DNA of 64,000 nt from Alphaproteobacteria bacterium (GTDB lineage: Bacteria > Pseudomonadota > Alphaproteobacteria > SP197). A model generated the notes under the pieces. It ran no database searches. It saw only the letters and a list, made by a program, of their open reading frames with translations, and had not been told where the DNA came from. The DNA lies in NCBI GenBank assembly GCA_965228895.1, contig OZ245842.1:2816001-2880000 (forward strand), in the 5' to 3' direction. The position numbers and the translations under genes are program-made. Every line of letters begins with the position of its first letter. The stretch's first letter is position 1. This document shows, one piece after another, positions 41,965 to 51,616 of the stretch.

Positions 41965-43830
41965 TCACGTCTCCAGGCGGTAGACCTCAATCGACGCCGA
42001 CCGGCCCTTCACCTCGTGGTGGCCGACCGCATGGACCACCGTCGAACCGTCGAGGGCCCGCCATGTGGTATCGCTGATCAGCACGATGACATCACCGCTG
42101 GCCTGATCATCGAATGACTTGCCGAGCTGCTCCAGCCGCTGGCAGGTGTTCACGGTGTCGCCGACGATGGTGTAGTTGACCCGGTCGGGCGCACCAATGT
42201 TGCCGACGATCACCGGGCCTGTGTGCAATCCGATGCGCACGCGCACGGCCTCTTCGCCACGTGCCCGCCGCTCGGCGTTGAGCGTCGCCATAGCCTCGGC
42301 AATGGCCTTGGCCGCACGGCAAGCGCGCATGGCGTGGTCGGGTTGATGTTCTGGCGCGCCCCAGAAGGCCATGACGGCATCGCCAATGTACTTGTCGACC
42401 GTGCCGCCCTCGGCCTCGACGCAGCTCGTGATAAGGGCGAAGTGTTCGTTCAGAAAGCGCGCCGTCTCAGCAGCCGGCAGGCGTTCGGCAAACGGCGTGA
42501 AACCGATGATATCGGTGAACATCACGGTGACCTCGCGCTCTTCGGACACGAAGTCGCGGTCCTCGATCATCAGGCGATGCACCAGCTTGCGCGGCACATA
42601 GTTCTCGAACCAGCGCAAGCCCGTCAGCATCAGATTGAAGGCGCCGTTGGCTTCGTCCAACTCGCGCATACGGCTTCGCGCGAGCGGGTCAACCTTGTCG
42701 AACTCGAGCGCGCCGATGCGCTGCGCCGAAATTGCGAGGTTGTGCACGGGTCCCGCGATGCGATGGCCGATGAAGAACGCCGCCGCGACGCCCAACGCCA
42801 GCACAATCAGGCCCGCGATGATTGCCATGTTCAACCGCTCGAACTCGTCTTCGAAATCACTGCCGCGGTAGTAGCTGCCTAACAACCACGATACGTTCCC
42901 GAACGTGTCGATACGGTGATAGACGTAAAACCACTCCTCGCCGTCTATCTCAGTCATATGCGATAAGACGCCGGAGCCCGAGATGTCCTCCGCCGGAAAA
43001 GTAGGCTCTTCCCATATTGCCGCAAGGATAGGGTCATCGACTTCGTCGATCAGCGGCACCGGTTTTTCCGGTGACAGGCCGCGTTCAATCGCGCCGACAT
43101 CATCGGCCAGCGATGGATGGGCGAGGATCATGTCTTCACCCTGAAGAATGAAGACGCGGCTTCCGAAATCCTCTTCCAGTTCCGCAGCAAGACGGGAGAG
43201 CTTCTGGATTGAAACGCCGGCGCCTAAAACGCCGATGACGTCGCCATTGACGGACACAGGCCGACGGATGGTCTGAACCGCGATCTCCAGGCCCGGCGAC
43301 CAGACGACATCCCCCCAGCCGCCGCCCCGCATGTTGTCCATATCGTCGGTCAATGCATCGATGTCAGGTCCGCCAGCGTAGTCGTCGCTGATCCAATAGG
43401 CACCGCCGCCAACACGGCCGACGCCGCGAAGGCGTCCGTTCGTGTCGACGAAGATGATACCGTCAACCTGCGGCGTCGCCGCCAGCGCACCGGTCAGGAC
43501 ATCCTCCATCTGTTGATCATCATTGGGATCAAGCCGGCCGGCCGTGATCAGGTCATTGATAAAGTCGAGCTGGTCCTCCGCCGGTACCAGATGTTCTTCC
43601 AGCCGTGCCTCGACCGTGTCGATCGCGAAGACAGCTTGGTCCTGCAGCAGATCAATGGTCGATTGGATGCCGCTCCAGATACTGATGACCAACACGCTCG
43701 CGGCCGCCAACAACACCAGCGCGCCCAGGCTCAGGCCCAGCAACATCGCAATGGGAATGCGCCAGGGCTTGCGCGCGTGCTGTGCCGCTGGCCCAGCATC
43801 AAGCCGTTCTGAAGATGTCCTTACCGCCAT
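41965..43830 (-). CDS. Membrane class III adenylate/guanylate cyclase (periplasmic sensor + HAMP)
   Basis: Two TMs, MFTDI.GFT, DKYIGDAVMA, YTIVGDTVN...RLE. Confidence 0.9.
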   Translation of the reverse strand: MAVRTSSERLDAGPAAQHARKPWRIPIAMLLGLSLGALVLLAAASVLVISIWSGIQSTIDLLQDQAVFAIDTVEARLEEHLVPAEDQLDFINDLITAGRLDPNDDQQMEDVLTGALAATPQVDGIIFVDTNGRLRGVGRVGGGAYWISDDYAGGPDIDALTDDMDNMRGGGWGDVVWSPGLEIAVQTIRRPVSVNGDVIGVLGAGVSIQKLSRLAAELEEDFGSRVFILQGEDMILAHPSLADDVGAIERGLSPEKPVPLIDEVDDPILAAIWEEPTFPAEDISGSGVLSHMTEIDGEEWFYVYHRIDTFGNVSWLLGSYYRGSDFEDEFERLNMAIIAGLIVLALGVAAAFFIGHRIAGPVHNLAISAQRIGALEFDKVDPLARSRMRELDEANGAFNLMLTGLRWFENYVPRKLVHRLMIEDRDFVSEEREVTVMFTDIIGFTPFAERLPAAETARFLNEHFALITSCVEAEGGTVDKYIGDAVMAFWGAPEHQPDHAMRACRAAKAIAEAMATLNAERRARGEEAVRVRIGLHTGPVIVGNIGAPDRVNYTIVGDTVNTCQRLEQLGKSFDDQASGDVIVLISDTTWRALDGSTVVHAVGHHEVKGRSASIEVYRLET

Positions 43831-43921
43831 GGGTCCTTCGTTTGCGCTGCTCTGGCGTGAACGTCAAGTCTGGGACGGCGTGAACGGCCGACCCACCGCG
43901 CCTACGCGGCCGATCACCCAA

Positions 43922-44512
43922 TCAACGTTCTTCGACCCCTTTGATCGCGATATCGATGAGTTCAAGCCTCCGTGCTGGCGGGAATCGGCGCGGCCGAGCG
44001 ATGACGCACGAATAGATTCCGTCGGCCGCCGCGATCAGGCTGTCCGTGGCGTCCCGCAAACTCAGGCTCAGCGCCAATGAGCCGTCCGCCACCGCGCTTT
44101 CGATCCGGGATTGCACGATCTGGTCAAAGTGCTTGTACATGCGCCGAGAACGCTCGCCCATGGCGCCACTTTTCGGTGCAGCAGCCAGCCGGAGGAAGAA
44201 GACGCTGCCCGACACCGCGTCGGCGAAAAGACACAGGCGCTGAAGCGTGCGGCGAAGGGCGTCGCGTCCGTCGACAGCGCCCTTGGCGACCGCCGACAGA
44301 TCGTCGAACAACCGGCGATCTTGAAGATCGAGCGCATGAGCGATCAATGCCTCTCGGTCGCCGAAGTAATGGGTCAGCAGTCCGGTCGTCGAACCCAGCT
44401 CCGCCGCGATCTTACGCATCGTGACCTGCTCCAGCCCATCACGCGCCATAACCGTCAGAACGGCCTCGGCAATCTGCGCCCTCTGGGCTCCGTGATCGAC
44501 GTGTCTGGGCAT
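43922..44512 (-). CDS. TetR family regulator (BetI-like)
   Basis: MPRHVDH..R..I, TMRKIAAELG.TTG.LTHYF. Confidence 0.9.
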   Translation of the reverse strand: MPRHVDHGAQRAQIAEAVLTVMARDGLEQVTMRKIAAELGSTTGLLTHYFGDREALIAHALDLQDRRLFDDLSAVAKGAVDGRDALRRTLQRLCLFADAVSGSVFFLRLAAAPKSGAMGERSRRMYKHFDQIVQSRIESAVADGSLALSLSLRDATDSLIAAADGIYSCVIARPRRFPPARRLELIDIAIKGVEER

Positions 44513-44521
44513 GTTATTTCG

Positions 44522-44557
44522 TAACAAAACAATTGTTGCGCAACAACTGTTTTGTTA
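44522..44557. promoter_or_regulatory. 36-bp palindrome, putative TetR operator
   Basis: TAACAAAACAATTGTTGC|GCAACAACTGTTTTGTTA, 17 of 18 positions paired, 10 bp from the TetR start. Confidence 0.8.
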
Positions 44558-44633
44558 TGAGTCACTGCCATCATGGCCAGAGCACCGGCGGCATCATTCA
44601 CGCCGACGCGCGTCATCGAAGAGGAACCGAAGC

Positions 44634-45635
44634 ATGACCGAGTTCGATATCGAGAAAGCCAAGAAAGAGATGGAGGCCTGGTATTGGTGGGGCATTCAGA
44701 CGTTCTTCAAGTGCCCGTGGAACGAGGACCCCAACGACTGCGATATCGCGCTGATCGGCGTGCCCCACAGTTCCGGCAACGGTTCAACCGAGCGCGACCA
44801 ACATCTGGGCCCACGCGCCGTGCGTAACGTCTCCGGCTGGCACCGGCGCGGCCATCAGGCGTTCGGCATGGTGCCGTGGGACGTCTGCCGCATCCACGAC
44901 CTCGGTGACGTGCCGCTGCCCCAGGCCATGGTCAACGACATCAGCGTCGAGCATATCGAAGCCTATTACAAAACGGTCGACGAAGCCGGCGCGCGCCCGG
45001 TCTCAATCGGTGGCGACCATGCGATCACCGGACCTATTTTGAAGGCGATCGCCGGCGCCAACGCCAAGACCACGGGGGGCGAGAAAGCCGCCCTGCTCCA
45101 CTTCGACGCGCACCGCGACGACTACATGCACATCCCCCACTGGCTCGGCAACATACGTTCGGCGGCCCACTGGGCGGCCTATACGGTGGTCGAGGAACAT
45201 GTCGACCCGTCGAAAAGCATTCAGGTCGGCATGCGGGGCAACCCGATCAAGCCGCGACCGGACATCTACGAGAGCAAGCTGGGCTATCAACTGTTGCCGG
45301 CTGAGGATTTTCACAAGATCGGCGTCGAGGAAACCATCAAGATCATTCGCGAACGGGTCGGCGACGCGCCGCTTTACATCACCTTCGATCTCGACGTGCT
45401 GGATGCCACCGAAGCGCCGGGCGTCGCGAACCTGGAGCCGGTCCATCGCGGCATGCGCGGTTGGCAGATCGTCGAGATCTTCCATGGCCTGCGCGGCATG
45501 AACATCATCGGCGCCGACATCGTCTGCCTGATCCCGTCAAAGGACACCGCCGCCAAGATCACCTCGATGACGGCGATGGTCCTGATGTTCGAGATGGTCG
45601 CCCTGATCGCCGACAGCATCCAGACGACACGGTAG
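44634..45635 (+). CDS. Ureohydrolase (agmatinase/arginase family), non-canonical
   Basis: GGDHAIT, DAHRD, DLDVLD...APG; ATG 44634 after GAGGA. Confidence 0.88.
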   Translation: MTEFDIEKAKKEMEAWYWWGIQTFFKCPWNEDPNDCDIALIGVPHSSGNGSTERDQHLGPRAVRNVSGWHRRGHQAFGMVPWDVCRIHDLGDVPLPQAMVNDISVEHIEAYYKTVDEAGARPVSIGGDHAITGPILKAIAGANAKTTGGEKAALLHFDAHRDDYMHIPHWLGNIRSAAHWAAYTVVEEHVDPSKSIQVGMRGNPIKPRPDIYESKLGYQLLPAEDFHKIGVEETIKIIRERVGDAPLYITFDLDVLDATEAPGVANLEPVHRGMRGWQIVEIFHGLRGMNIIGADIVCLIPSKDTAAKITSMTAMVLMFEMVALIADSIQTTR

Positions 45636-45657
45636 GCGAAGCAGTATAGCGACCAGG

Positions 45658-46551
45658 TCAGGCCGCCTTTTCCGCCAGCACCTTCGCCATGGTTGAGCCA
45701 AGCTCGGCCGGGCTTGGCGCCACGGCAATGCCGGCTTCCTTCAGGATCTCGACCTTTTCAGCGGCGCTTTCGCCGAATGCCGAGATGATCGCGCCAGCAT
45801 GGCCCATCTTGCGGCCCTTCGGCGCGGTCAGGCCGGCGACATAAGCCACCACCGGCTTCGACATGTTCTCCTTGGCGAACTGGGCGGCCTCGGCTTCCTG
45901 GGGACCGCCGATCTCGCCGATCATCATGACCGCGTGGGTTTCCGGATCCTGCTCGAACAGCTCCAGGATGTCGCGGAACGAGCTGCCGTTGATCGGATCG
46001 CCGCCGATGCCGACGCTGGTCGAAATACCGATGCCGAGATCCTGCATCTGCGACGCCGCTTCATAACCCAGCGTGCCCGAGCGGCCGACAATACCGATAT
46101 TGCCCTGGGCATAGATGTGGCCGGGCATGATGCCCATCATCGCCTTGCCCGGGCTAATGACGCCGGCGCAGTTGGGTCCGATCAGACGCATGCGCTTCTC
46201 GTAGCGGTAGCGACGCATATAGCGCTTCACATGCATCATGTCCTGGGCCGGGATGCCGTCGGTGATGGAGACGCAGAAGCTGATGCCGGCGTCCGCGGCC
46301 TCCATGATCGAGTCCGCGGCAAACGGCGGCGGCACCAGCACCAGACTGGCTTGCGCGCCGGTCTCACGCACCGCGTCCTTGACCGTGTTGAAGACCGGCT
46401 TGCCCAGATGGGTGGTGCCGCCTTTGCCCGGCGTCACCCCGCCGACCACGTTGGTGCCGTAGTCGATGGCTTCCTGGGCATGGAAGGTGCCGGTCTTGCC
46501 GGTGAAACCCTGCACGATGACCGGTGTCGTTTCGTTGAGAAGAATGCTCAT
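45658..46551 (-). CDS. mtkB: Malate--CoA ligase alpha subunit (SucD-like)
   Basis: GVTPGKGG, ITDGIPAQDM, GPNCAG, MGHAGA; follows sga-mtkA. Confidence 0.82.
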   Translation of the reverse strand: MSILLNETTPVIVQGFTGKTGTFHAQEAIDYGTNVVGGVTPGKGGTTHLGKPVFNTVKDAVRETGAQASLVLVPPPFAADSIMEAADAGISFCVSITDGIPAQDMMHVKRYMRRYRYEKRMRLIGPNCAGVISPGKAMMGIMPGHIYAQGNIGIVGRSGTLGYEAASQMQDLGIGISTSVGIGGDPINGSSFRDILELFEQDPETHAVMMIGEIGGPQEAEAAQFAKENMSKPVVAYVAGLTAPKGRKMGHAGAIISAFGESAAEKVEILKEAGIAVAPSPAELGSTMAKVLAEKAA

Positions 46552-46555
46552 CGCC

Positions 46556-47734
46556 TCACCCCTTCCCCGTCGCTTGTTTCCACGCGGCGACCGCCTTGTC
46601 GGCGGCATCGGCCAGCGTGTCGGCGGTGATGATATCCAGGCCGCTGTCGTCGAGAATCTTGCGGCCCTGCTCCACGTTGGTGCCGGCCAGACGCACGACC
46701 AGCGGCACGTCGATCTTGGTCGTCGTCACCGCCTGCACAACACCCTCGGCGACCCAGTCGCACCGGTTGATGCCGGCGAAGATATTCACAAGGATCGCCT
46801 CGACGCCGTCGTCAGACAGCACAAGGTTGAACGCCTTGGTGACGCGCTCGGGCGAGGCGCCGCCGCCGATATCCAGGAAGTTCGCGGGCTCGCCCCCGGC
46901 ATGCTTGATCATGTCCATGGTCGCCATGGCAAGACCGGCGCCGTTGATGATGCAGCCGATATTGCCGTCCAAGCCGACATAGCTGAGACCGCGGTCGGCG
47001 GCATCGCGCTCGCGGATATCCTCCTGCGACTTGTCGCGCAGCTCCGAGACGTTGGGACGGCGGAACAGCGCGTTGTCGTCGAAGGTCATCTTGGCGTCGA
47101 GTGCCAAGAGGTGTCCGTCGACAGTCACGACCAACGGATTGATCTCGACCATCGTCGCGTCGAGATCGGTGAAGGCGCGGTAGCAACCCTGCAGGATCTG
47201 CGTCATCTGCGCCACCTGCGCGGTGTCGAGCCCAAGCCCAAAGGCCATCTCGCGCGCCTGGAACGCCTCCATACCGATGGCCGGATCGACGCTTGCGCGG
47301 ATAATCGAGTCGGGTTTCTCTTCCGCGATTTCTTCGATCTCCATGCCGCCGGCGGCCGAGGCCACGACCATGATGCGTTCGGATTTGCGGTCGAGCACGA
47401 GACCCAGATAGATCTCGCGGTCGAACGGCGTCGCTTCCTCGACATAGAGCCGGTGGATCAATTTGCCGCGCGGTCCCGTCTGGATCGTCTCCAGGCGTTT
47501 GCCGAGCAACGCGTCGGCGGCGTCCCAGACTTCGTGCTGGTCGCCGCACATCAAGACGCCACCGGCTTTGCCGCGCGCGCCGCTGTGGATCTGTGCCTTG
47601 ACGACCCAGCGTTCGCCGCCCAGTTCCTGCGAACGATAGGCAGCCTGTTCAGGGCTGTAGGCAAGCCCGCCTCGCGGCACGGGCACACCGAAGTCGGCCA
47701 AGAGTTCCTTGGCCTGATACTCGTGAATGTCCAT
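46556..47734 (-). CDS. mtkA: Malate--CoA ligase beta subunit
   Basis: [32 protein letters not shown] (Mtk-type). Confidence 0.85.
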   Translation of the reverse strand: MDIHEYQAKELLADFGVPVPRGGLAYSPEQAAYRSQELGGERWVVKAQIHSGARGKAGGVLMCGDQHEVWDAADALLGKRLETIQTGPRGKLIHRLYVEEATPFDREIYLGLVLDRKSERIMVVASAAGGMEIEEIAEEKPDSIIRASVDPAIGMEAFQAREMAFGLGLDTAQVAQMTQILQGCYRAFTDLDATMVEINPLVVTVDGHLLALDAKMTFDDNALFRRPNVSELRDKSQEDIRERDAADRGLSYVGLDGNIGCIINGAGLAMATMDMIKHAGGEPANFLDIGGGASPERVTKAFNLVLSDDGVEAILVNIFAGINRCDWVAEGVVQAVTTTKIDVPLVVRLAGTNVEQGRKILDDSGLDIITADTLADAADKAVAAWKQATGKG

Positions 47735-47786
47735 CTGTCCCCTCCCCGGACCCGCCATAAAGGCGGGCGATGTTTAACCGGGCTTT

Positions 47787-48977
47787 TTACTCGGCAGCTT
47801 GCGCTAGCACCTCGCTGCCTTCCCGGTACCACGATTGGGCGGCGGCGACACCCGATCCCAATTCTACGGCAATGCCCGCATCGCGCATCGCCATTTCAGC
47901 ACCGGCGATAGCACTGATCAGCATCAACTCGGTGACACTGCCCAAGTGGCCGATGCGAAATACCTTACCTGAAAGCTGCGCCAGGCCGGTGCCCAGCGAC
48001 AGACCGTAACGGTGGTAGGCGCCGGTGATGACCGCGGTCGCATCCCCGCCTTCGGGGACACGGATGGCGCTGACCGTGTCAGACCGCCACTGCGGTCCGG
48101 CCGAAACCAGCTCCATATCCCAGGCCTGGACGGCACGACGCACGCCTTCGGCCATGCGGTAGTGGCGGGCGAAGACGTTGTCGAGCCCTTCTTCCAGCAA
48201 CAGGTCGAGCGAGGCGCGCAGACCGCGCATCAGGCCGACGGCGGGCGTATAGGGGAAGAAGCCGCTGCGATTGAGCGTCAGCATGGCGTCGAAATCGAAA
48301 TAGCACCGCGGCAGTTGCGCCGACTTTGCGGCTTCCAGACCACGCTGGCTGACGGCGATCAGCGCCAGGCCTGGCGGCAGCATGAAACCTTTCTGCGAAC
48401 CGCTGACCGCGCAATCGACACCCCACTCGTCCATGCGGAAATCGATACTGGCGATCGAGCTGACGCCGTCGACGAACAGCAGGGCCGGATGACCGGCGTC
48501 GTCGAGTACGCGGCGCACGCCGGGAATGTCGCTGGTGACACCGGTCGCCGTCTCGTTGTGACAGGCGAGCACCGCCTTGATCTCGTGGCCTTTGTCGGCG
48601 CCAAGGATGTCGGCGAACTGATCGAGCGGCACGCCTTCGCCCCACGGCACGTCAGCGGTGACGACCTCAAGCCCCAGGCGCTCACACATCTCCGCCCATA
48701 GCATGGAGAACTGGCCGAAGCGGCTGGTCAGCACCTTGTCGCCCGGCGACAGCATGTTGGTCAGCGCGGCTTCCCAGCCGCCGGTGCCGGATGCCGGAAA
48801 GATCAGGGCTTCGCCGGTCTCGGTCTTGAAGACGCGTTTCAGGTCTGCAAACAGCGGCAGCGTGAAATCGGGGAAGTCGGGCGCCCGCTGGTCCTCCATG
48901 GGAACATCCAGCGCGCGGCGCACCGCTTCGGGAAGGTTGGTCGGGCCCGGAATAAAAATCGGGTTCTGGGTCGGCAT
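47787..48977 (-). CDS. sgaA: Serine--glyoxylate aminotransferase (class V)
   Basis: PGPTN, MEDQRAPDFP, FGQFS, SGSQKG, FRIGHLG; adjacent to mtkAB. Confidence 0.8.
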   Translation of the reverse strand: MPTQNPIFIPGPTNLPEAVRRALDVPMEDQRAPDFPDFTLPLFADLKRVFKTETGEALIFPASGTGGWEAALTNMLSPGDKVLTSRFGQFSMLWAEMCERLGLEVVTADVPWGEGVPLDQFADILGADKGHEIKAVLACHNETATGVTSDIPGVRRVLDDAGHPALLFVDGVSSIASIDFRMDEWGVDCAVSGSQKGFMLPPGLALIAVSQRGLEAAKSAQLPRCYFDFDAMLTLNRSGFFPYTPAVGLMRGLRASLDLLLEEGLDNVFARHYRMAEGVRRAVQAWDMELVSAGPQWRSDTVSAIRVPEGGDATAVITGAYHRYGLSLGTGLAQLSGKVFRIGHLGSVTELMLISAIAGAEMAMRDAGIAVELGSGVAAAQSWYREGSEVLAQAAE

Positions 48978-49251
48978 GGCCAGCACTCCCATCGCGAGTC
49001 GTCAAGGGAATCGCCCTATAACGACTCGCGTGACTTCCTACTAGGCAAACCAATTTACAAGTAGGAAACAGGCAGATTCGGGCGCGTTTTGGATTGAAAC
49101 AGACCAATTTCGTGGTGATCTGGGCCGAAAACCGCACTTCTCGGATCGCGCCAGACACCAACTAGACCAAACATGCGAATCGGATTCGTTTGCCGACCAA
49201 TTTAGACCGAGCCCTAAGGTGGCCATTGGCTGGCAGGCCGGTTGGCGGGTT

Positions 49252-49391
49252 CTAGAGCAGATCCCGTTTTGATGGAATCGCTTCGCGATGCCGTCAAGAC
49301 GGGTGAATCCGCTCTATTCATCGATAGAGAGCGGATTCACGCCGTTAGGGGGAACCGTCAAACGGTTCCCCCTAACGACGATCCGCTCTAG
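49252..49391. repeat. 140-bp palindromic element, copy 3
   Basis: CTAGAGCAGATC...GATCCGCTCTAG. Confidence 0.9.
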
Positions 49392-49609
49392 CCCTTGGAA
49401 TCGCTGGAGAACATGCGTTCGATCCGAACGGCAACGGCATCCAAGACGGAGAGCACCAGGAAGAAGACAAGAATGATGGGCAGGTATTTGAAATCGCTGA
49501 CAAAGGTGCCCTTGATCTCGTCCTCCATCAACGGCCAGGCCTCGTACCCGCCATAGGCGAGACCCGCGGTAACAATCGCGGCGAGGACGACGCGCAGCAT
49601 CCAGGTCAT
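49388..49609 (-). CDS. Small two-TM hypothetical protein (73 aa)
   Basis: ATG 2 bp after the upstream stop; two hydrophobic helices; stop lies inside the repeat end. Confidence 0.65.
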   Translation of the reverse strand: MTWMLRVVLAAIVTAGLAYGGYEAWPLMEDEIKGTFVSDFKYLPIILVFFLVLSVLDAVAVRIERMFSSDSKG

Positions 49610-49611
49610 CG

Positions 49612-50397
49612 TCAAAAGACCTCGGCCGACGACAGGTCGACCTTGAAGACGAGAATATCGTCGCGGCGCTCGACCTCGCCTTCCAAGCTCACGCGAAGCG
49701 CAACGAGGTCGTAGTAGGCGTCCGGCAACGGTCCGCCGTCGGCATTGGCGAGCCACATGAAGTTCATGCCCTCGATCTCGCCGGTCGTGACGAACACGGG
49801 CGGCACGCCTCCCAAGAGACAGAGATCCGCGCAGGCCAGATGCGCCAGACCGTTGCCTGGGCGCATCGCGCCGGCGTAGCACTTGCCGTCGCAGATCTCG
49901 CCTTCCAGGCGCCAGTAGCCGAGCGATTCAGCGGCGGCCGGCGTGAAGTTCTGCTGGTCGGCGGTGAGCGTCGCCGCCGTCGGCGTCAGCTTCATGTTGT
50001 TGACGCCGCCGCGCACCACCAGCATGTCGAGTTCGCCGCGCCTGAGGAAGAAACCTTCGATATCGACGATCTGGCCATCGAGCGGTTCGGCCGCGTTCAT
50101 GACGCCCCACTTGCCCTGTCCGGTCAGCGGAATGGCGCGGGCTTCCTGATCACCGTCCGGCATGACACGCAGGATCGGATAGGGCTGCAGTTCCACAATG
50201 CCGGTCAATGTCTTCAAGTTCGCCGCGCCGCCGATGAAACGGCCGTTGCCCGGGTCTGCGGTACCGGCGCCAAGCGCAAATGCGACCACGGCGGCGATAA
50301 CCAGAAGCGAGCCGGCGACAGCCGCCAGAAAAGCCATCAGGCGCGGCGGCACCTTGCGGGAATATCCGATGAAAAAGTCGTCATGCGAACTGGCCAT
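49612..50397 (-). CDS. Membrane-anchored hypothetical protein with Cys/His cluster
   Basis: DDFFIGY, TM, GEICDGKCYAGAMRPG.G..H.ACA.LC..GG.PP. Confidence 0.75.
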   Translation of the reverse strand: MASSHDDFFIGYSRKVPPRLMAFLAAVAGSLLVIAAVVAFALGAGTADPGNGRFIGGAANLKTLTGIVELQPYPILRVMPDGDQEARAIPLTGQGKWGVMNAAEPLDGQIVDIEGFFLRRGELDMLVVRGGVNNMKLTPTAATLTADQQNFTPAAAESLGYWRLEGEICDGKCYAGAMRPGNGLAHLACADLCLLGGVPPVFVTTGEIEGMNFMWLANADGGPLPDAYYDLVALRVSLEGEVERRDDILVFKVDLSSAEVF

Positions 50398-50399
50398 GG

Positions 50400-51458
50400 T
50401 TAGGCCTCTCCAATCGTCACCGGCTCGATAAAGGTGCCGGGCGCCAATGGGTTGGGATCAAGCAGGATGCGCGACCCGTCCAGTTTCAAACGATAGGTCG
50501 GGATCTTCTCGGTGAACGGTGCGGGCGCGCAGCCATCGGCCGGGTTGTATTGGAAACCGTGCCAGGGACACGTGACGCAGCCGCCGATGATGCGGCCCTC
50601 GCCCAGCGGCCCGTTCTGATGCGCGCAAACATTGCCGACCGCCGAGAGTTTGCCGTCATAGCGGAACACGGCGACACGCTCGCCGTCTGTCAACGGCACG
50701 ACGATCGCCTGGTTGTTGGGGATGTCGTCGACCTGGCCGGCTACCAGCCATGAACCGTCGCCCGCGCTTGTCGCAGCCCGGCGGTCGCGCCGTCTCTCCG
50801 CCAACGCGGCAGCCAGATGAAGTCCGACGACAGCGGTCACGCCGACGGCGACGATCAGCGGCAGCACCGGCCCGGTCTCCGCCTGCAACGCGCCGAACGC
50901 GATGTGCAGCACGATCGCGAGATAGGCCGCATAGACCAGCATGTGGATCGCCTTCCACACCGGCGGCGTCAGGAAACTCAGCCAGAAGTCATGACTGGTC
51001 ACCGCCATGATGACGAGGATCAACAGAGCGAAGATGCCGAACGCCTCGAACGGGAATCCGAGAAGCTGATCATAGTTGGTGTTGGTGCCCAGCACCGCGA
51101 CGTACTTGTCGAAGAACGGGCTGAACGAAAAGTAAATGCCGATGACGAAGCTGGCATGGATCAGCGCGACGATGCAGGTGATGACGCCGAAGTGGCGTCG
51201 ATTGTAGACGAGCGGCAGGAAACGCCGATCGAGGCGCGCCAATGGACCGAGACACAAGATCAGACTGAGCATCAGGAAGGCGCACGACCCGAACGCGCGC
51301 GCCTTGTAGATATTCCCGCTGACCGGCCGCGTCGTCGATTGATAGGCCGGCGCGATTTCCAGGAACATCCAGATGTAAACGAAGACACCAACCAACAAGA
51401 CGGCGTCATAGATGATCTTGTTGCTGTTCCAGAGAACCGGCTGATAGCGCGCGCTCAT
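50400..51458 (-). CDS. Ferric reductase-like TM domain fused to Rieske [2Fe-2S] domain
   Basis: RRHFG..IH, SHDFW, WK.IH...LH; CAHQNGPL and CPWHG. Confidence 0.88.
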   Translation of the reverse strand: MSARYQPVLWNSNKIIYDAVLLVGVFVYIWMFLEIAPAYQSTTRPVSGNIYKARAFGSCAFLMLSLILCLGPLARLDRRFLPLVYNRRHFGVITCIVALIHASFVIGIYFSFSPFFDKYVAVLGTNTNYDQLLGFPFEAFGIFALLILVIMAVTSHDFWLSFLTPPVWKAIHMLVYAAYLAIVLHIAFGALQAETGPVLPLIVAVGVTAVVGLHLAAALAERRRDRRAATSAGDGSWLVAGQVDDIPNNQAIVVPLTDGERVAVFRYDGKLSAVGNVCAHQNGPLGEGRIIGGCVTCPWHGFQYNPADGCAPAPFTEKIPTYRLKLDGSRILLDPNPLAPGTFIEPVTIGEA

Positions 51459-51616
51459 GGTGTGGATGCCTCCGCAGACGGCGCTTCGATTCGTTCGGCG
51501 CGGGTCTCCAGCGGCCCTTGCTGGCGGACCACCATGGCAACAAAAATGACAAGCGGCAGCAGAACCGCAAGCGTCATCCAGATACGGGCATGGGTTCTTC
51601 GATGACCACGCTTCAT
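51455..51616 (-). CDS. 53-aa single-TM protein (absent from ORF track)
   Basis: MKRGHRRTHARIWMTLAVLLPLVIFVAMVVRQQGPLETRAERIEAPSAEASTP; ATGA overlaps with both neighbours. Confidence 0.75.
   Translation of the reverse strand: MKRGHRRTHARIWMTLAVLLPLVIFVAMVVRQQGPLETRAERIEAPSAEASTP

Noticed and set aside
44560-44633. Guanidine riboswitch upstream of the ureohydrolase
   Set aside because: No twin ACGR-loop hairpins or other ykkC consensus seen; the TetR palindrome accounts for regulation
45658-47734. Calling the ligase pair sucCD
   Set aside because: Mtk-type motifs ([30 protein letters not shown]) and sga adjacency, with no mdh/sucAB context
47787-48977. BhcA of the beta-hydroxyaspartate cycle
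   Set aside because: Only the N-terminus resembles it; bhcBCD are absent and MEDQRAPD/FGQFS are Sga-like
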